Below are positions 1 to 13,170 of a stretch of DNA of 64,000 nucleotides, one piece after another (position 1 is the first letter of the stretch; each line of letters begins with the position of its first letter). Where the stretch lies: contig CM082592.2 in the NCBI GenBank assembly GCA_040954595.2, positions 7,613,677-7,677,676 on the forward strand, read 5' to 3'. Below the pieces are notes generated by a model. The model was given only the letters and a program-made list of their open reading frames with translations. It was not told the DNA's origin and made no database searches. Origin of the DNA: Balanoglossus misakiensis. Its lineage: Eukaryota > Animalia > Hemichordata. A program made the position numbers and the translations under genes.

Positions 1-1150
1 GAAAATGTTTGTTTGCAGCTGTGGAATTCATCTTTGCTTCCTTCACAAGTAAAAATGCTTCCTGTTAGATTTTGCTTTAAACTGTTTTTTTGGGGGCTCT
101 CTGTGGTTTAAAATTGGAGAATGTTGGGGATTGGTATGAGCAAGTAATCTGTGAGGGATGGATTGGCAATGTCCCAAATCAGGAATCAAAAAACTCTGTC
201 ACTTAATAATTGTTTCTGTTGTTTATTGTTGTTTTGACAAACATATTTGGACAAAGTTGATGTCCACACACCATTTATACAGGATGTTAGAAAACTGAAT
301 TTATAAAAAAAGTATTTGAATATAAAAAAAAATACAAAACCTTGTTCTGTTCAGTATCTTCACAACGAATAGTCAGATATCAAGTTGTTTATAACATGAG
401 TTGTTTTTTTCCCCGTGGTGTGGGATGATATTGATATTCTCAGCGTTTTGAAGGTCACTGTTCAACAGTCATGTTTTCCTTGTTGTTTTTCAAAATAACT
501 CCACATTGGTTTGGTTGTGGACGAAGAAAGGAAAATGTGAAGGTTTTCCAAAGGAAGAAGTCTATGGCATGTGACAAACCTAGTGTTTTCTCAGCATGGA
601 GTAAGCCATGTTACGTTTTCATAATTGTTTGTTCTCTTTTTTAAAGTGGTTCGTATCGTTCCCATTCACTGGATTGACAACTGCTTGGCGTCATTTTCAC
701 CGATGCAGTGCTACTTCATATAACTGTTAATTGTCATAAGAACCACTATAACCGGCTGTTGAACTTGTTAGTTTTTGCAATAATAGTTGAAACCACTTAA
801 AAAAACTGGAAACACCATATCTAACTACAAAACAATCAGCCACTTAACTAATTTCTTATCACATTGTTACATTTGTTATCCAAACTTCATTGCAATAAAT
901 GTTTATTGTAAAATATTATTTGATTTTGGGGGTTTGGAGTTGACCAGGTTTTGTATGAAATCATGTGTAAATAGTGAGATGACCTACTTTTTTATTGTTT
1001 TTTTCCTTGTTAAAGAATTTTCTCTTTTTGCAGAATTGTAAAATTTGTAAGTGTGTTTACTGTTACAAGATACTTGTAATGATTGAGAAAAGTAAACCCA
1101 GATCAATCTTTGTTGCATGGTTTCAATAAATATAAGTGGGTTTGGTTTCT
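1..1150 (+). other. Probable 3' UTR of an upstream gene lying outside the window
   Basis: T/G-rich non-coding sequence with AATAAA at 1125-1130 followed by a GT/T-rich downstream element; no credible ORF. Confidence 0.5.
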
Positions 1151-1985
1151 TTTTGAATTGAAAAATATGTGTCCCTTCTGTTTGTAAGGGAATGATTGAG
1201 AATACATGTATACGGAATGCTGTTAAATATTACAACTGTTGAGGGCGCAATCTCGATGTACATGTACTACGCACATGCATCGCGGCAGTCGGGTTTCACT
1301 TACTGCGATTGACAATATTGTAGAGGAATGTGTGCGATTTTTTTTTCTTACCCAAAAATTAATGCAGTTTTAGCGTTTTATAGAACTGTTCCCTCGGGAT
1401 TCGTACGTTTGGATTGCTTTTCTGGGATTCGGGTGATCCCACAATGCAACGGGCAGGCAGTGCGTCTTTCGCGGTCGCTTCAAAAACTACGAAGACGAAA
1501 GAACATAGGCGCTCGTCTTCACACGCTGAGTACAGGAGTTTGCTTTGGAAAATTGCTAGCAGGATGAAGACTGTGGTTGCAGCCTGGCTGAACTTGGACG
1601 ACGAAGGGCTCTACATCACCAAAATTACCGTAATCACTGTGAGTACAAAAATTGTATTCGACTACTGCAAGCACGTTGTTGTATCCCCCCCCCCCCCCGA
1701 TCGCCCAGGAAGGATAAAATTCTTGTTCCTCGCCATTATTTGGCAAAGGAAAAATAGGCGCTTTTACATAGATGTGATAAAGATGTGATTTTTACAGAAA
1801 TCTTACGGCCTAAAAAGCGATAACATCTTGCAAGCGATTTTACGTCAACTTGCGTTATTTACCGTTGGGGGCGTCTTCCTCTTGTGCTTTTAAACGTACC
1901 ATAATAGGGCTATTAATTAATAAATAGGGCTATTAATATTGCCAGACATCTGCTGGTCAGTTTGTAAATGATACTTTTGAAATCT

Positions 1986-1991
1986 TTTATT
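1986..1991 (-). terminator. Candidate polyadenylation signal for BCKDK (implies a 3' UTR of about 2 kb)
   Basis: TTTATT on + (AATAAA on -) at the end of an A-rich (+ strand) UTR-like tract. Confidence 0.5.
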
Positions 1992-4005
1992 TTAATTTTT
2001 GAAATATCAAACGTTGTCTAGCTCAAGTTACTCAACAACAGTTGCATTACCACTGCTGACAAAAATCAGCCATGCCACAGAACAGACCACAACTGACAAA
2101 AGATATGCATTCAAACCAAAGCCTTGCAGTTCTTTAATGTCAATAGATATACAATTTTTTTTCCATTCAAATAGAGAAAATCACATGATTTACTCAAATC
2201 GTGCCTTAAACTTTGAAAAGACACCTAATGAAAATCCGAACAAGTTTAAGGCAACTAAAAAAAATAAATTGTTTTTGTATGTTTTTTCAATTTTTAAGAA
2301 GAAACATTACGTTAATGCTTGAAGTCTGAAAAAACCTGTAATAGTATTCACACTACCATCACATATATATTGACTGCCCAGTGTTGTATTTTGCAACGTG
2401 CACCAAAATATATGTGGTAAGGTAAATCATACATATCTTAATTTTCAAACATTTTAAACTGAACTAGAAAGTTTTTAGCTGAATTTCAGGTGATATTCTG
2501 AATCTATGATTTTTAGGAAGGAACACCTGAGCAGAATAAGCTACCAACAAAAAAGATTAAGTTGATATTAACTCAATCGTACTACTACATACAGTAGTCT
2601 ATTAATGTTATTATTAGGCAACAATGATAAATGAGTTTAATGTTCATTAAAAGGCAAAGAGAATTTGTACTCCACAAAAAAGCTAGACAATCAACTGTTC
2701 TTCAAGCACAAACTCCTCTGTAATATTGCAGTTACGACAGTTACATACTATTTTCACAACTGACAAAACAACCAATACGTGAAAGTTCCAGTCAAGAACA
2801 ACTACTGGTCAAAACTTTTTCACATCGACTATTTCCACAGATACTAAAGACCACAACAATATCATTTTCTCTCTCAAAGATTGATTCAAAAGGTTACTAG
2901 AGATCCAAACGTTGCTTTGTAAAATTCAACATATGCAGATCAATTTGATCATTTAGTAACAACGAAAATGAATCATGAAAATAATATCAGAAATCTTGGA
3001 TCTATGGAATACATAGTTCTGACTCCCAAATCCCTGATTCAGTACAGCCAACTCAGATTGGTTAATTTTTGCAACAAAAGTAACACCCTTCTAGAACTGA
3101 TCAACACACAGTCCCTTTCCTGTATGGGAACAGGTGTGCTACTTCAACAAAATATTCACACGTATTTCTCTCAAAATTGCCCTCACAATATCTAGCTACT
3201 ATCTTGATCAGAAACATATTTCATAAAATAATGTACAAATAAAAGCAATTAAACCATCACTTTTTTATAGCGGGATACACAATGTTTATCTCGTAAGTGA
3301 TTGCTAACAAATTAAAATTTAAAAATGAAATGCCCAGAAATCATAGTTGATCTAGTTTTTGAAATGGCTTTATACATAAAATATATGGAACATTTATATA
3401 TGATAACACAGAATGGAAGAAAGTAAGTAAAACGAGTTTTTCATGATATAATCAGGTACTGAACTAAAGCGCCATGACTAACAGATGATTTTCAAAAGCC
3501 ATTTTTAATACTGGCATAGAACATGTACAAACCTTCACATTGCTGGTTCCATTTTCAAACATCTAAACCAGCATTGACAGATAATCACAACAGATCATCA
3601 CAAGTCTAACTAACTTTAATTCTAATCTGCCTGACAGAAAAAAACCCACAACCACAACATATCCATGTGCGTCAAATTCTGTCTTGGTGACAACACCAAA
3701 ACATTGTTACTGGAACTCTACATCATAGCTACATATGACTGCATCCAAAAACACAGCGGAACTGAAAGTCTCTCTTCCACTGTGTCTATTTTCATATGCC
3801 GTACCAGTCTTTTCATCCTCATTTGTCCATTAATGTTATACATTTAATGTCAAGGTTCCCTCACACGACTAAGTGGCATCTGAGAGATGCACCACGCTAT
3901 CCCTCCCTCCCTCCATTCCAATGGAAGAGGCAGCTTCACCAAATACGCTGCCTGGACTCTACCAAAAGTGTCAGGAACGACAGGGGGGATCAGGGACTTC
4001 ACACT

Positions 4006-7000
4006 CTAGATGCGGAAACTCTCCTGTTTCCCATCGATGTGTCTCAGGCGCAGATAGACGTCGGTTCCAATACCCTGCATACTCTTCAGTGTGAGGGCGC
4101 CACCGAGGTACTCTGCATATGCTCGGGAAGTCGGCAAACCAAACCCAAAGCTGGAAGTAAAAAAAATCAAAACATATAATTACACCATCTGTGTCAGGGC
4201 TCAAGTATTGTATTCTAGGCAAGACTCCATAGTGAAATGTTACAAACACGGAACACGGCAGAACCAGTACAGACATCCCCGGCCCGGAACAAACCCTGAA
4301 CTTCAACTCTAACACACTCACCCATGCATTGGTCCACCGCCTGGCCCTTGCTGATCGGAGTTCATCATCTCACCAAGCAGACCACGTGTGACGCGGTGAT
4401 CATCCAAACTACCAGAAGTGGTGAAATGGTAGTGAAACGCTCTCCCGACATTCTGGTGAGGGATTCCGTTACCACGGTCTGAAATCCTGCGAAGTTAAAC
4501 AAACTCGTTACTTTCTCAGAAATCTCACGAGGCAGCGGGTCTTGTAGTTCCGTTAGGTTCATCACTAGAGATTATTCTAACGTTACCAAAATTAACACAA
4601 TATTTCAAGTATGAATCTGCCTGAGTACATGTATTAGGACATCACATCCTGGAGTATCATTTATCTTGACCTGACATCATTCATAATATCCTTAACTCCC
4701 TCTGGCATTGATCACAGTAATTCAGACTTGCTCACCTGATGATGAAATCAGTATCATTATTAGCAATAGTGATGCTGACATCCGGAACATTCCCAGGATT
4801 ATCCAGGTTATTTTCCATGGTTGCTCTGAAAAATGGAGAGAAAGTCTGACTTTGTCAAAACCATCACAATAATCAAATTAACAACCCTGACAAGACAAAG
4901 TCTCTTTTCCTGTACAACACCATTGAAATGGTGGCCTATTCCACTCATGCATGGGGGTGGCAGAGTTAAACACCACAGCTTACCTCATACTGTTCTTGAT
5001 GATTTCTGGCAATATGTAGTCCAGTGGAACCTGAATGTATGGAAACGTCGCATTCGTGTGACCCTTCAGTTTGACTCCGGGAGCGAACCCATACTTATGC
5101 TCGCACAATCTCCTGCAGATTGAAAAGAGGTTACAATCTTGGTTACATGCCAAGATGGAGGAAAATACTTGTACTGCCTTGTACTAATCAGTCACAAGTT
5201 ATGCAGACATACTGTAGCATTCATAAATAGGCCATGAGATAAACCAATTGCCATCAAAGATATTTGGCAAGATGTGGGATTAAAATGGATCGTTATAATG
5301 ACTTACCGTCCAAAGTCCACCCAGTTGTCAATCACTTTCCTCAACTGCATCTGAGTGTTGATGATTCCGATGTAGTTGGGCTGTAAAAAACGGTCACAGT
5401 TGAAGTCACAGTTCACACACAAAGTTGAAGCAACAGTTGTGTTTTAACTACAGACATTCTGATCATTATGAATTGACCTGAACAAAGTTTATCACTAAAT
5501 GTACATTGATTCATACGCCGTATCTACTCCATGTTGTTATATCTTCAGTGTTGCAATCTTCTTCAACAATTATCAAACATAAATAACCCTTCCTCCCCCT
5601 TTTAAGTAAAATGGAACAACCCTGCAGTGGGGTTGCCTCCAAAGGAGAAAACAAACAGGGGTGAAAGGGTTATTTTTCGCTGGATTCACCTGAAATACAA
5701 GACTCTGAAGATTTCTAGGTTTGTTACTTAGACAAAACCCATGGTGCATGCAATCTCACTAAAATCACTCGCCATGAAATTATAGTATATTCTATATGCA
5801 TACACATATATCTTCACCATTGCAAGTTTTGTACTTTTTGTGGAGTGTACTTGAGATTCACTGAACTGCCCTTTTAAACTGAATCTGTCCGCGACAAACC
5901 TAGAAGCCTTCACAGAATGTGTTGAATATGTCGCTCTGGAGCCTGGGCCCGCACAAATCACACACCGAGTCCAATCCTCGTCCATCTGGTCACCACGCAC
6001 ACCAACTACACTGCAAGCCCAGACCGCCAGAGCCTGTGTCAAGATGGTGTGTTTGGGGGGAGAAAAAATGACAGCACAAAACTCTGCAAACAAACAGCAT
6101 CAAAATGAGACAAGAAAGAAGCAGCGGGATTTTAATGTGGAGGTCTGAAGATGTTTCTCGCAACTCGTCCCAGCAGTGTGTGCAGGTGTATGCAGTGTGT
6201 GCGCTGTGAGTGCAAGAGGAAAGAGAGAGAAAAAAATCTTTGTCCCAAAATTCCACCATGTACTATACAACGTTGGCTACTTTATCGCGGTCGCCTTTTG
6301 TGTCGGAGGGATATTTTTTTACAACCCACCTCACCTGTTAAATTCATGTCTGTGAAAGCAAGCAGAAAAGGAAGAAGGGTCGTCAGTTTTGTAAGGACTG
6401 CAGTTTTGTGCTTGGTGGATAACTTACCTGTTTTTTTTAATCATTTTTTACTTTTAGTTGAGAGATGTTGTCAAACCAGCTAGATCAAACTCCCATGTAT
6501 ACTATGAATTGTTTTCCCTCATGTCAACTTTGGCTAGGCTTTTGACATGAACACTATCCCTTTATCAGTAATCAGCAAACTTATAAACCTAGTTCAGTCA
6601 GAGGAAATACCTTCTTTTCTGCATCAGGTTTTAGCAAATAACACTCGCATACTGAAACAGATCCCTCCAAGTTTGTCTAGCCTGGCTCTCATCAATATCT
6701 CTCACTTACAGTGACGGAAATTGCAGAGAGAAAGAGTCTGTGAAAAGGCAGATTTGATAGTTGGAAAGACATGGAAACACAAAGCATGCATGAATGTAAT
6801 CACGCTGAGATGAATCCAGATATAAGTTGAGAAGCTTCCTACCCTATCCAGGTGTAATCCCAGATGGTGCTCTGCTAACATTCTGATGCCCAGCCTGGAC
6901 GTTAGAGTGTTATCCAGAAATTTGCGTACCATCTCTTCATCCTGTGGAGATAATGACAAATATAATTTACTTTTTAAAAAGAAAAACTCGATTTGCCATA

Positions 7001-10000
7001 TCCAGTACATGTATTTGGGAGTGCAAGGAGTCCACATGTCATCTGCGACCATCATCTTCAAGACAGTTGGATGAGATACAGCGCCCTCTATTGACAAAGC
7101 TCTGCTAATTATGGTGCATCATGGGAAATCCCTGTCATGCACCTTACCTTGATGTGCCTACGGCTTTCTTTGAAGCCCTCAGCCAGCATAGTCACTACAT
7201 CTTTGTGGTCGTCCAGAAGGCTCTTCACCAAAGTACTGTACTTCTGCTCCGTCTCAAAATCATTGACCTGGAAACCGAGCCAAAACATGCATTTTTTAAT
7301 CACATTTTTCCCCTTTCATAGGATATCATTCACTTTTACTCTCTCTCTCTCTCTCTCTGGCTGTCATTACAAAATAAAAGCTGTATATCTTACAATTGCA
7401 GCAACAAAACAAAGAAAGATAACAAGGCTCAGCTTTGTTGTTGTTTTTATTTGGCAAATCACTTGACTTACGGATTGGAATTCGGACAGCAGGTGAAAGG
7501 CTCTGATGTAAAGTTCATGGACTTGCAGTATGGTCGGGTTGCAACCAACGATAAACGGCAGACCGCGGAAAGCTGCGATGCGATGCGCCACACGCACAGG
7601 CAACTCCTTGTGCAGGAACTGGGCACTTCTCTACAAGGAAAAAACAAAACATGAAGTGCCTTTAAAACCCAGACCTACACAGGGATGACCCGAAAATGTT
7701 CTGTCTAATGTGACCCACTCATCAAAGGGTGGGGTCAGTCCGAGTCCAAAGGACTGGGTGCACTGAAAACCCCATGCCTTCTTCTGTAAAAGTCAGATTT
7801 ACAAACGAACAATACTACATTTACAATTGATGGATCTACATTGTGTCCTGAATAGGCACTAATCGGACTTGTAACCTTCAAACTTTGAATAACCAATTTA
7901 AATAGCTTCTTTTTAAATAGGCGGGGGCCGGACAAAGTACAGGGTGCGCTGAGTCCCAGTTTCCACAACAGTTTTTACTAAAACTCTTTGTAAATACCAC
8001 TTCACATTTGTATTCTATATGAAATCTCTTTTGCATGGAATGAGATCCTATACAGGCACATAATGTAAAAAGATATTATTTGCCAAGCACCATGCCGCAA
8101 GATCACAGAATGTTGATTCAAATGGAATGTACTGGGGTGAATCACCTTTCACCTTTGACTTTGTTTTGCACAGTAGGCAGATGACACATTTGAAAGAGGA
8201 CTGGTAGTAGTAGGGTTTCCCAGTAAATGCCGGCGGGGGGTTTCCCTATCATTTTACCAGAGTTTCCCTCCCCACCTCTCAAAACTCAGGCCAGGAGTTA
8301 TAATTTTGACTTGCAAATGTGACTTTTCAAATGTGGGCAGCACAGTGCGGAAATCGTTCAGCAAAGATAAGTGACGTGGAAATCAGGTCCAGGGACATCT
8401 GAGGACAGAAATACCCAGAGCCTTTATGCTAAAGATGTACCATGTTCCAAAGAGAGTCAAACAGTGGTCAAGGTTGTAAAAAAGTCATGGCCGGGTGAAA
8501 AACACGTCATTGTACTAACAAATCATTCCACTCTGTTCAACTCTGCAAAATGCCACCACCTTCAGGAGGCCCTGTAGCACAGTATGTATGGCACATTAAT
8601 ATAACCATAGGATCATCTCCATAAAAAAGGAGCAATTTTTCACTGAGACAGTTGATAGCAATCAATTTCAACAGCTTTCTCAAACCAACAAATCCCCACT
8701 ATGTCTAGTGACTGAAACAATTCTTGTAACAAACTAGCATTCAAATTCAAGAAATAAGTGTTGAATACCCAGGGGTACACTTTGCTATCACAATTTTACC
8801 AAAGACAAACCGGTTACGTAAACACACACTGGATATCAATGCATCAGTTGACTAATTTACATATAACTGTACTGAGCTGTGTGTTTTCTCTATTGACACA
8901 ATGTTAGGGCCAAGTCACTTGTACATGTGTTCATACCATGTGTATACCACCATGCTTATACAACACTCCATCTCAAGGCCCAATGCTCTGATGTAGTCCC
9001 ACCCCCCTTTGTTTCTGCTCTCCATTTCACATTGTCCAGTTTACTTTTTCACAATCGAGTGGGTTTACTAATACATTTAATTCTTGTTGGTTTACGTTTA
9101 TTGTGTGTTTACTAATCTCCTGGTATGTAGTAAGTACATTGACCACATTTGTTTCAACACTGACCAATTCTACCATTTTTATTCCATTTTCTTTGTTGTG
9201 TATCAAGTTTGCTATTTTGCTAAACTCTAGCTATAATAATAACCAAGAGTTTGATGACATAAAAACAAATTTGAGCGTATATGTTATTCTGCTTCACAAA
9301 CTTTACACTACCCAATAAATCAGTCTTTAATCTGCCTGGAAGCTCCTCCATGTGTGTCCTATCGGCTTACCCAATCTTATCAAGTCGTCTTCTTTGAAGA
9401 GTTTGCCATGCAAACAGAAATCATGCCACCTCTCCACTTTGTTGGAGGAAGTGCCGAGCACAAATAAACCTATAAAACTTGCGAGTGTAGAAAACTCGAG
9501 TGCAATGACCTGCCCTAGTTTCACACAATACATGAGCGCGTTCACGTACTCCACGCCCTGTACACGTAATACGGCTGTTAGAATTCATGCTGTCCCAATT
9601 CCTATGTGGTGATGCAACTCGTGCACATGTGAAAGACGTCAGATGTTGACTTGCATCCCAGTGCACTATGACAATATGAGAGGACAAAACGCCAAATATT
9701 GATACAGGATTATCACCATATGACTAGTCTAGTATCCTGCGGTATTTTGTTCGATTTGCTTCCAAAACTAACTTTTGGAAGCAAAGATATTAGACTACCA
9801 TATGATTGAGCTATAAGTAGACCAACATGGGGTGATGTTTGCAGGGCTTGTTGTTTGTACGTCATCGTCCTTGAGTTGGGAATATTTTTGCAGCCCCTAT
9901 TAATTTCAAAACAACACAGGGTGCAATACACAGTGACCCAGATGACAATCATTTGAGTATACACATTCATATGCGCCTTTAGTTTACAAGCAAATATGCA

Positions 10001-12841
10001 AACAAACTGTTCTCCGTCGAGGCCAACACTGGAACTAAAAATGCATGTGTGCACATGTATTGTAATAAGTCTAAATGTTTATTTTTAGAAAATATCACTA
10101 GATGACATACCAAACATTTCACCAAAAAACGTCCACAACATGTCCATGCAGAAATTCCATCTGCATACGAATCATTTATCACAAAGAATTCACTTACCAG
10201 TATATGATTGCCATCTGGTGATTTCCCAGAATAAAGTAATGTCGTCGGTGATATACGAACTAAAGGCTGAAATTGGAAAGAAACACGAAAATTAGTATGA
10301 AAAATATTTGTAATTTGTATAATCCACCCTTTCACCACCATGGTTTGGTCCAAATCTATCGTCTTCTATGATAACATTGGACCTTTATAGTAGGGGTGAA
10401 GGGGTTAATGCAGAACCTAAAAAAAGTGTTCATGTTTGCATTGTTTTATTCTTTTCAGGAATAAGAAAGACACCAATGACCAAATGTCAATATCAGATGT
10501 CAATGCACTTTAAAACTCCTGGTTACAACACAAAGCACCAGCTATGTTGATGAACACATAATGTAAGTCGAATTCTATTGGTTACTATCATAAGGCCACA
10601 GTCACTTGATTTGCATACAATAATGAATTGAAAGTGAAAACATCCTAAAAGAGCAAGCATTAACATAAGTGTATGACACCTGGCTAGGATGTAATACGCC
10701 ATCTTCTAGCAATAATGCTGAATCACAAATTATCAACTATTCAAGTATAAACTATTTTATATTAATGATGATAATGTTCAATCGGCAATTCCACAAAATG
10801 AAATCCTTGTACAAATATTGAATTTCAATATCCATCATATACTCTAACAGCCTTTTCATTATTTCTCTGAAACATGTCTAATTGATGAACGATACAACAG
10901 CGCTTAACTGAAAATGATTTTGATAAAAAAAGTCAATAACACTGTAGGCAAAGTAGTGCTATCCTGAATAGATTATTTCACAGAACTCTATATTGCTTTC
11001 AATGGCCTATTTTGAGCATACAGCTGGAACAGACATAAAACCATAAAATAAATCTTTACTTTTCCAATGTGTATTTTATGTTGAATTATACAAAGGTATT
11101 TTTATATAACATATGGATTTCACAGGGTTGCGTGACTAAATGTTGTTCTTTGCATTAGAGTAGGAAGATCATAGCAAGAACTACAATTTACTGGGGGGGG
11201 GGGGGGGTCTGCAAAGAGGAACGAATTAGATATTATAATGAACACTCCAGTCAAGGGCCCTTGAACCCCTCTGAACACCTGAGAGTGCCAGTGATATGTG
11301 CATTGACACGTACATCTCTACGCTACACATGCTACATCCTGGTGTACTGGTTCATAGCCATGACCACCACCAAAGAATAACACAGGTTTATACTAAGTCA
11401 CACTCACAGTCAAAACTAAAAATAGAGCCGTCACACTCATCATTTCCTTGACTTTTCAGAATATAACAAATTTGTTTATTTACAAGGTGCCAATAGATTA
11501 CAATCGGTGAACAGCCCCAGTTCTGGGCCCAGGATCTGCAAACAATGGTGCATATTAGATGAGCTTGCCAATCAACATAAAGCAAAGCATGACGGGAATG
11601 CCAGCTGATTCGGCTAGATGTCACTGGAACACCCATGCAGGTCTCATATGTTATGCTGTTATCTTCCCTCGCATCCCTGCTGTACTTTTTTCGGCCTGTT
11701 TTGCAGGGGTCAAGTTTTCGCCCTACCTTTTCAAATCGCCATATCTTAAAATGTCAACAGGCATACGTGCTTATTGACAGATCAAATACAAATTCAAACC
11801 GACATATTTTTTTTTCTTTTATCAGTATATGAACCTGGCTACAATTTCTTTTGCCATTCATTTTTTTTCCATGACTACTGGCCTGAAACTCAACATTTTT
11901 TCCGATATAATGCCTGGATCACACTGCTGCATATTTTAGTGGCAAGGTCTGTAAAACAATTTGCATAATTAAAACCTGTTTAGGGTTTATACTATTAGTA
12001 AGATTATTACTAAACAGTAAACACCAAATATGTTAATGATGGCTTGCAGCCATGAAATCTCTCAACAGTCGGTGAACCACTTTTCCAAAACAATCGAAGG
12101 GAATTTTTACGCCCTTTGATCTTCTGTATCCGTGGCGTTATGTACTTCGTTCGGCCTTGAATCACACGTGCCGTCGCCTATCATGCTGCCCCCCCCCCCC
12201 CCCCGACCCGGCCTCAAACTACCGTTGGAAAACAATCATGTAAAGGCGATCTTCGGTTACTGGAATGACAAAGCCAATTTTTGAACTAACATACGCTGAA
12301 TCATCCTTGATGTTGAGCCGCGCCGCGACGTGGCCACAGCCTAGCAACAAGAGATGATGTAATCATGCCTCGTTCACTCTCACCATCCCATCGCCATCAG
12401 CGAAATGCACTTGAATAAGATCGTGTACATGTACGTTTCATTACTCAATACTCAACTGACTGGGTAAGTGTTAATCGCCAGGCATGGACATAAAATAAAT
12501 TGGGGAGGGTGCATATTCCTCTTTTGTATCATCATTATGTCTCAGCGCAAGCGCAATAAACCATAACAGACAACGGAAATTCGAGACTCTTGTTTTCATG
12601 CATAGCCTATGTGTACGTGTGTTGTTGTGCAGTCATTGCTTACCTTTTCGGACGCTACGTCGATTGCACTCTGATTGTAGAATGACGTGACAGACCTTGA
12701 TCTTTCCCTTGCTTCTGCTTTTTCCAGAGTCGTGAATGTCCTGCAAGCAGTGATTATTGTCGCCGGCCCAGTTTCGGCGGTCAGATTTTGAAGTAGGAAA
12801 CGTTGAGACAGAACGAAGCTACTGGCTTTCCTGTGCCACAT
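4006..12841 (-). CDS. BCKDK: Branched-chain alpha-ketoacid dehydrogenase kinase, mitochondrial (10 coding exons, about 415 aa)
   Basis: Exons 12644-12841, 10198-10266, 7472-7630, 7148-7267, 6843-6941, 5307-5380, 4984-5112, 4736-4825, 4322-4486 and 4006-4150 have GT-AG ends and consistent phases (1248 nt). Motifs: [32 protein letters not shown]-box [10 protein letters not shown]1 ISDRGNGI, G2 [18 protein letters not shown]. Confidence 0.96.
6335..6349 (-). other. Candidate 15-nt poison microexon in BCKDK intron 5
   Basis: Minus strand reads ctgac-gacccttcttccttttctgcttgctttcacag|ACATGAATTTAACAG|gtgagg: branch point, long pyrimidine tract, strong donor. In phase 0 it reads ACA-TGA. Confidence 0.55.
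10325..10408. mobile_element. Short MITE-like repeat with ACCCTTTCACC...GGTGAAGGGGT termini (piggyBac-like CCC/TTAA ends)
   Basis: Imperfect terminal inverted repeats. Related fragments (cccttTcaccaccatggtt...ccaa) recur at about 5584-5672, 25494-25565, 36541-36575 and 42318-42352. Confidence 0.5.
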
Positions 12842-13089
12842 TGTGCTTTTTTACGAGCGAAATAAATTAACAGATAAAAGTCGAAAGTAAATTTAAAAAC
12901 ACAAACTAGCTTTTCTTATGGTTCATATCAGTCTTTCTCAGTAAAGTCTGTCTCCGGGCGTTGAATCTCGCCCCTGCTTCTCCCATCCTACGCTGTGCGT
13001 GTCTCTCCGATGCAGCTTTCCTACCAGAATAACTGATGAAACAAACAACGAGGTCGATGCGTGAACACCGCGACCTTTGACTTCTGGAA

Positions 13090-13170
13090 TTGGCCAATGG
13101 CATCATGGGATGTGACGTCACACGATATGCGTGTGTGCATCGCACCATGATCGCACGCGCTGATTGGTGA
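13090..13170. promoter_or_regulatory. BCKDK proximal promoter elements (CCAAT boxes flanking a palindromic CRE)
   Basis: GGCCAAT at about 13092, GTGACGTCAC at 13112-13121 and GATTGG at about 13162, roughly 250-330 bp upstream of the ATG in a CpG-rich patch. Confidence 0.5.

Noticed and set aside
1903-1937. Direct repeat AATAGGGCTATTAAT x2
   Set aside because: A short local tandem duplication with no associated element.
6611-6651. Additional 41-nt cassette candidate in BCKDK intron 5
   Set aside because: Weak donor (GTATTT) and short pyrimidine tract; not distinguishable from chance.
9327-9687. Small ORFs and a TGG|GTAAG donor in BCKDK intron 2
   Set aside because: No convincing acceptor and no recognisable protein; the BCKDK model is complete without them.
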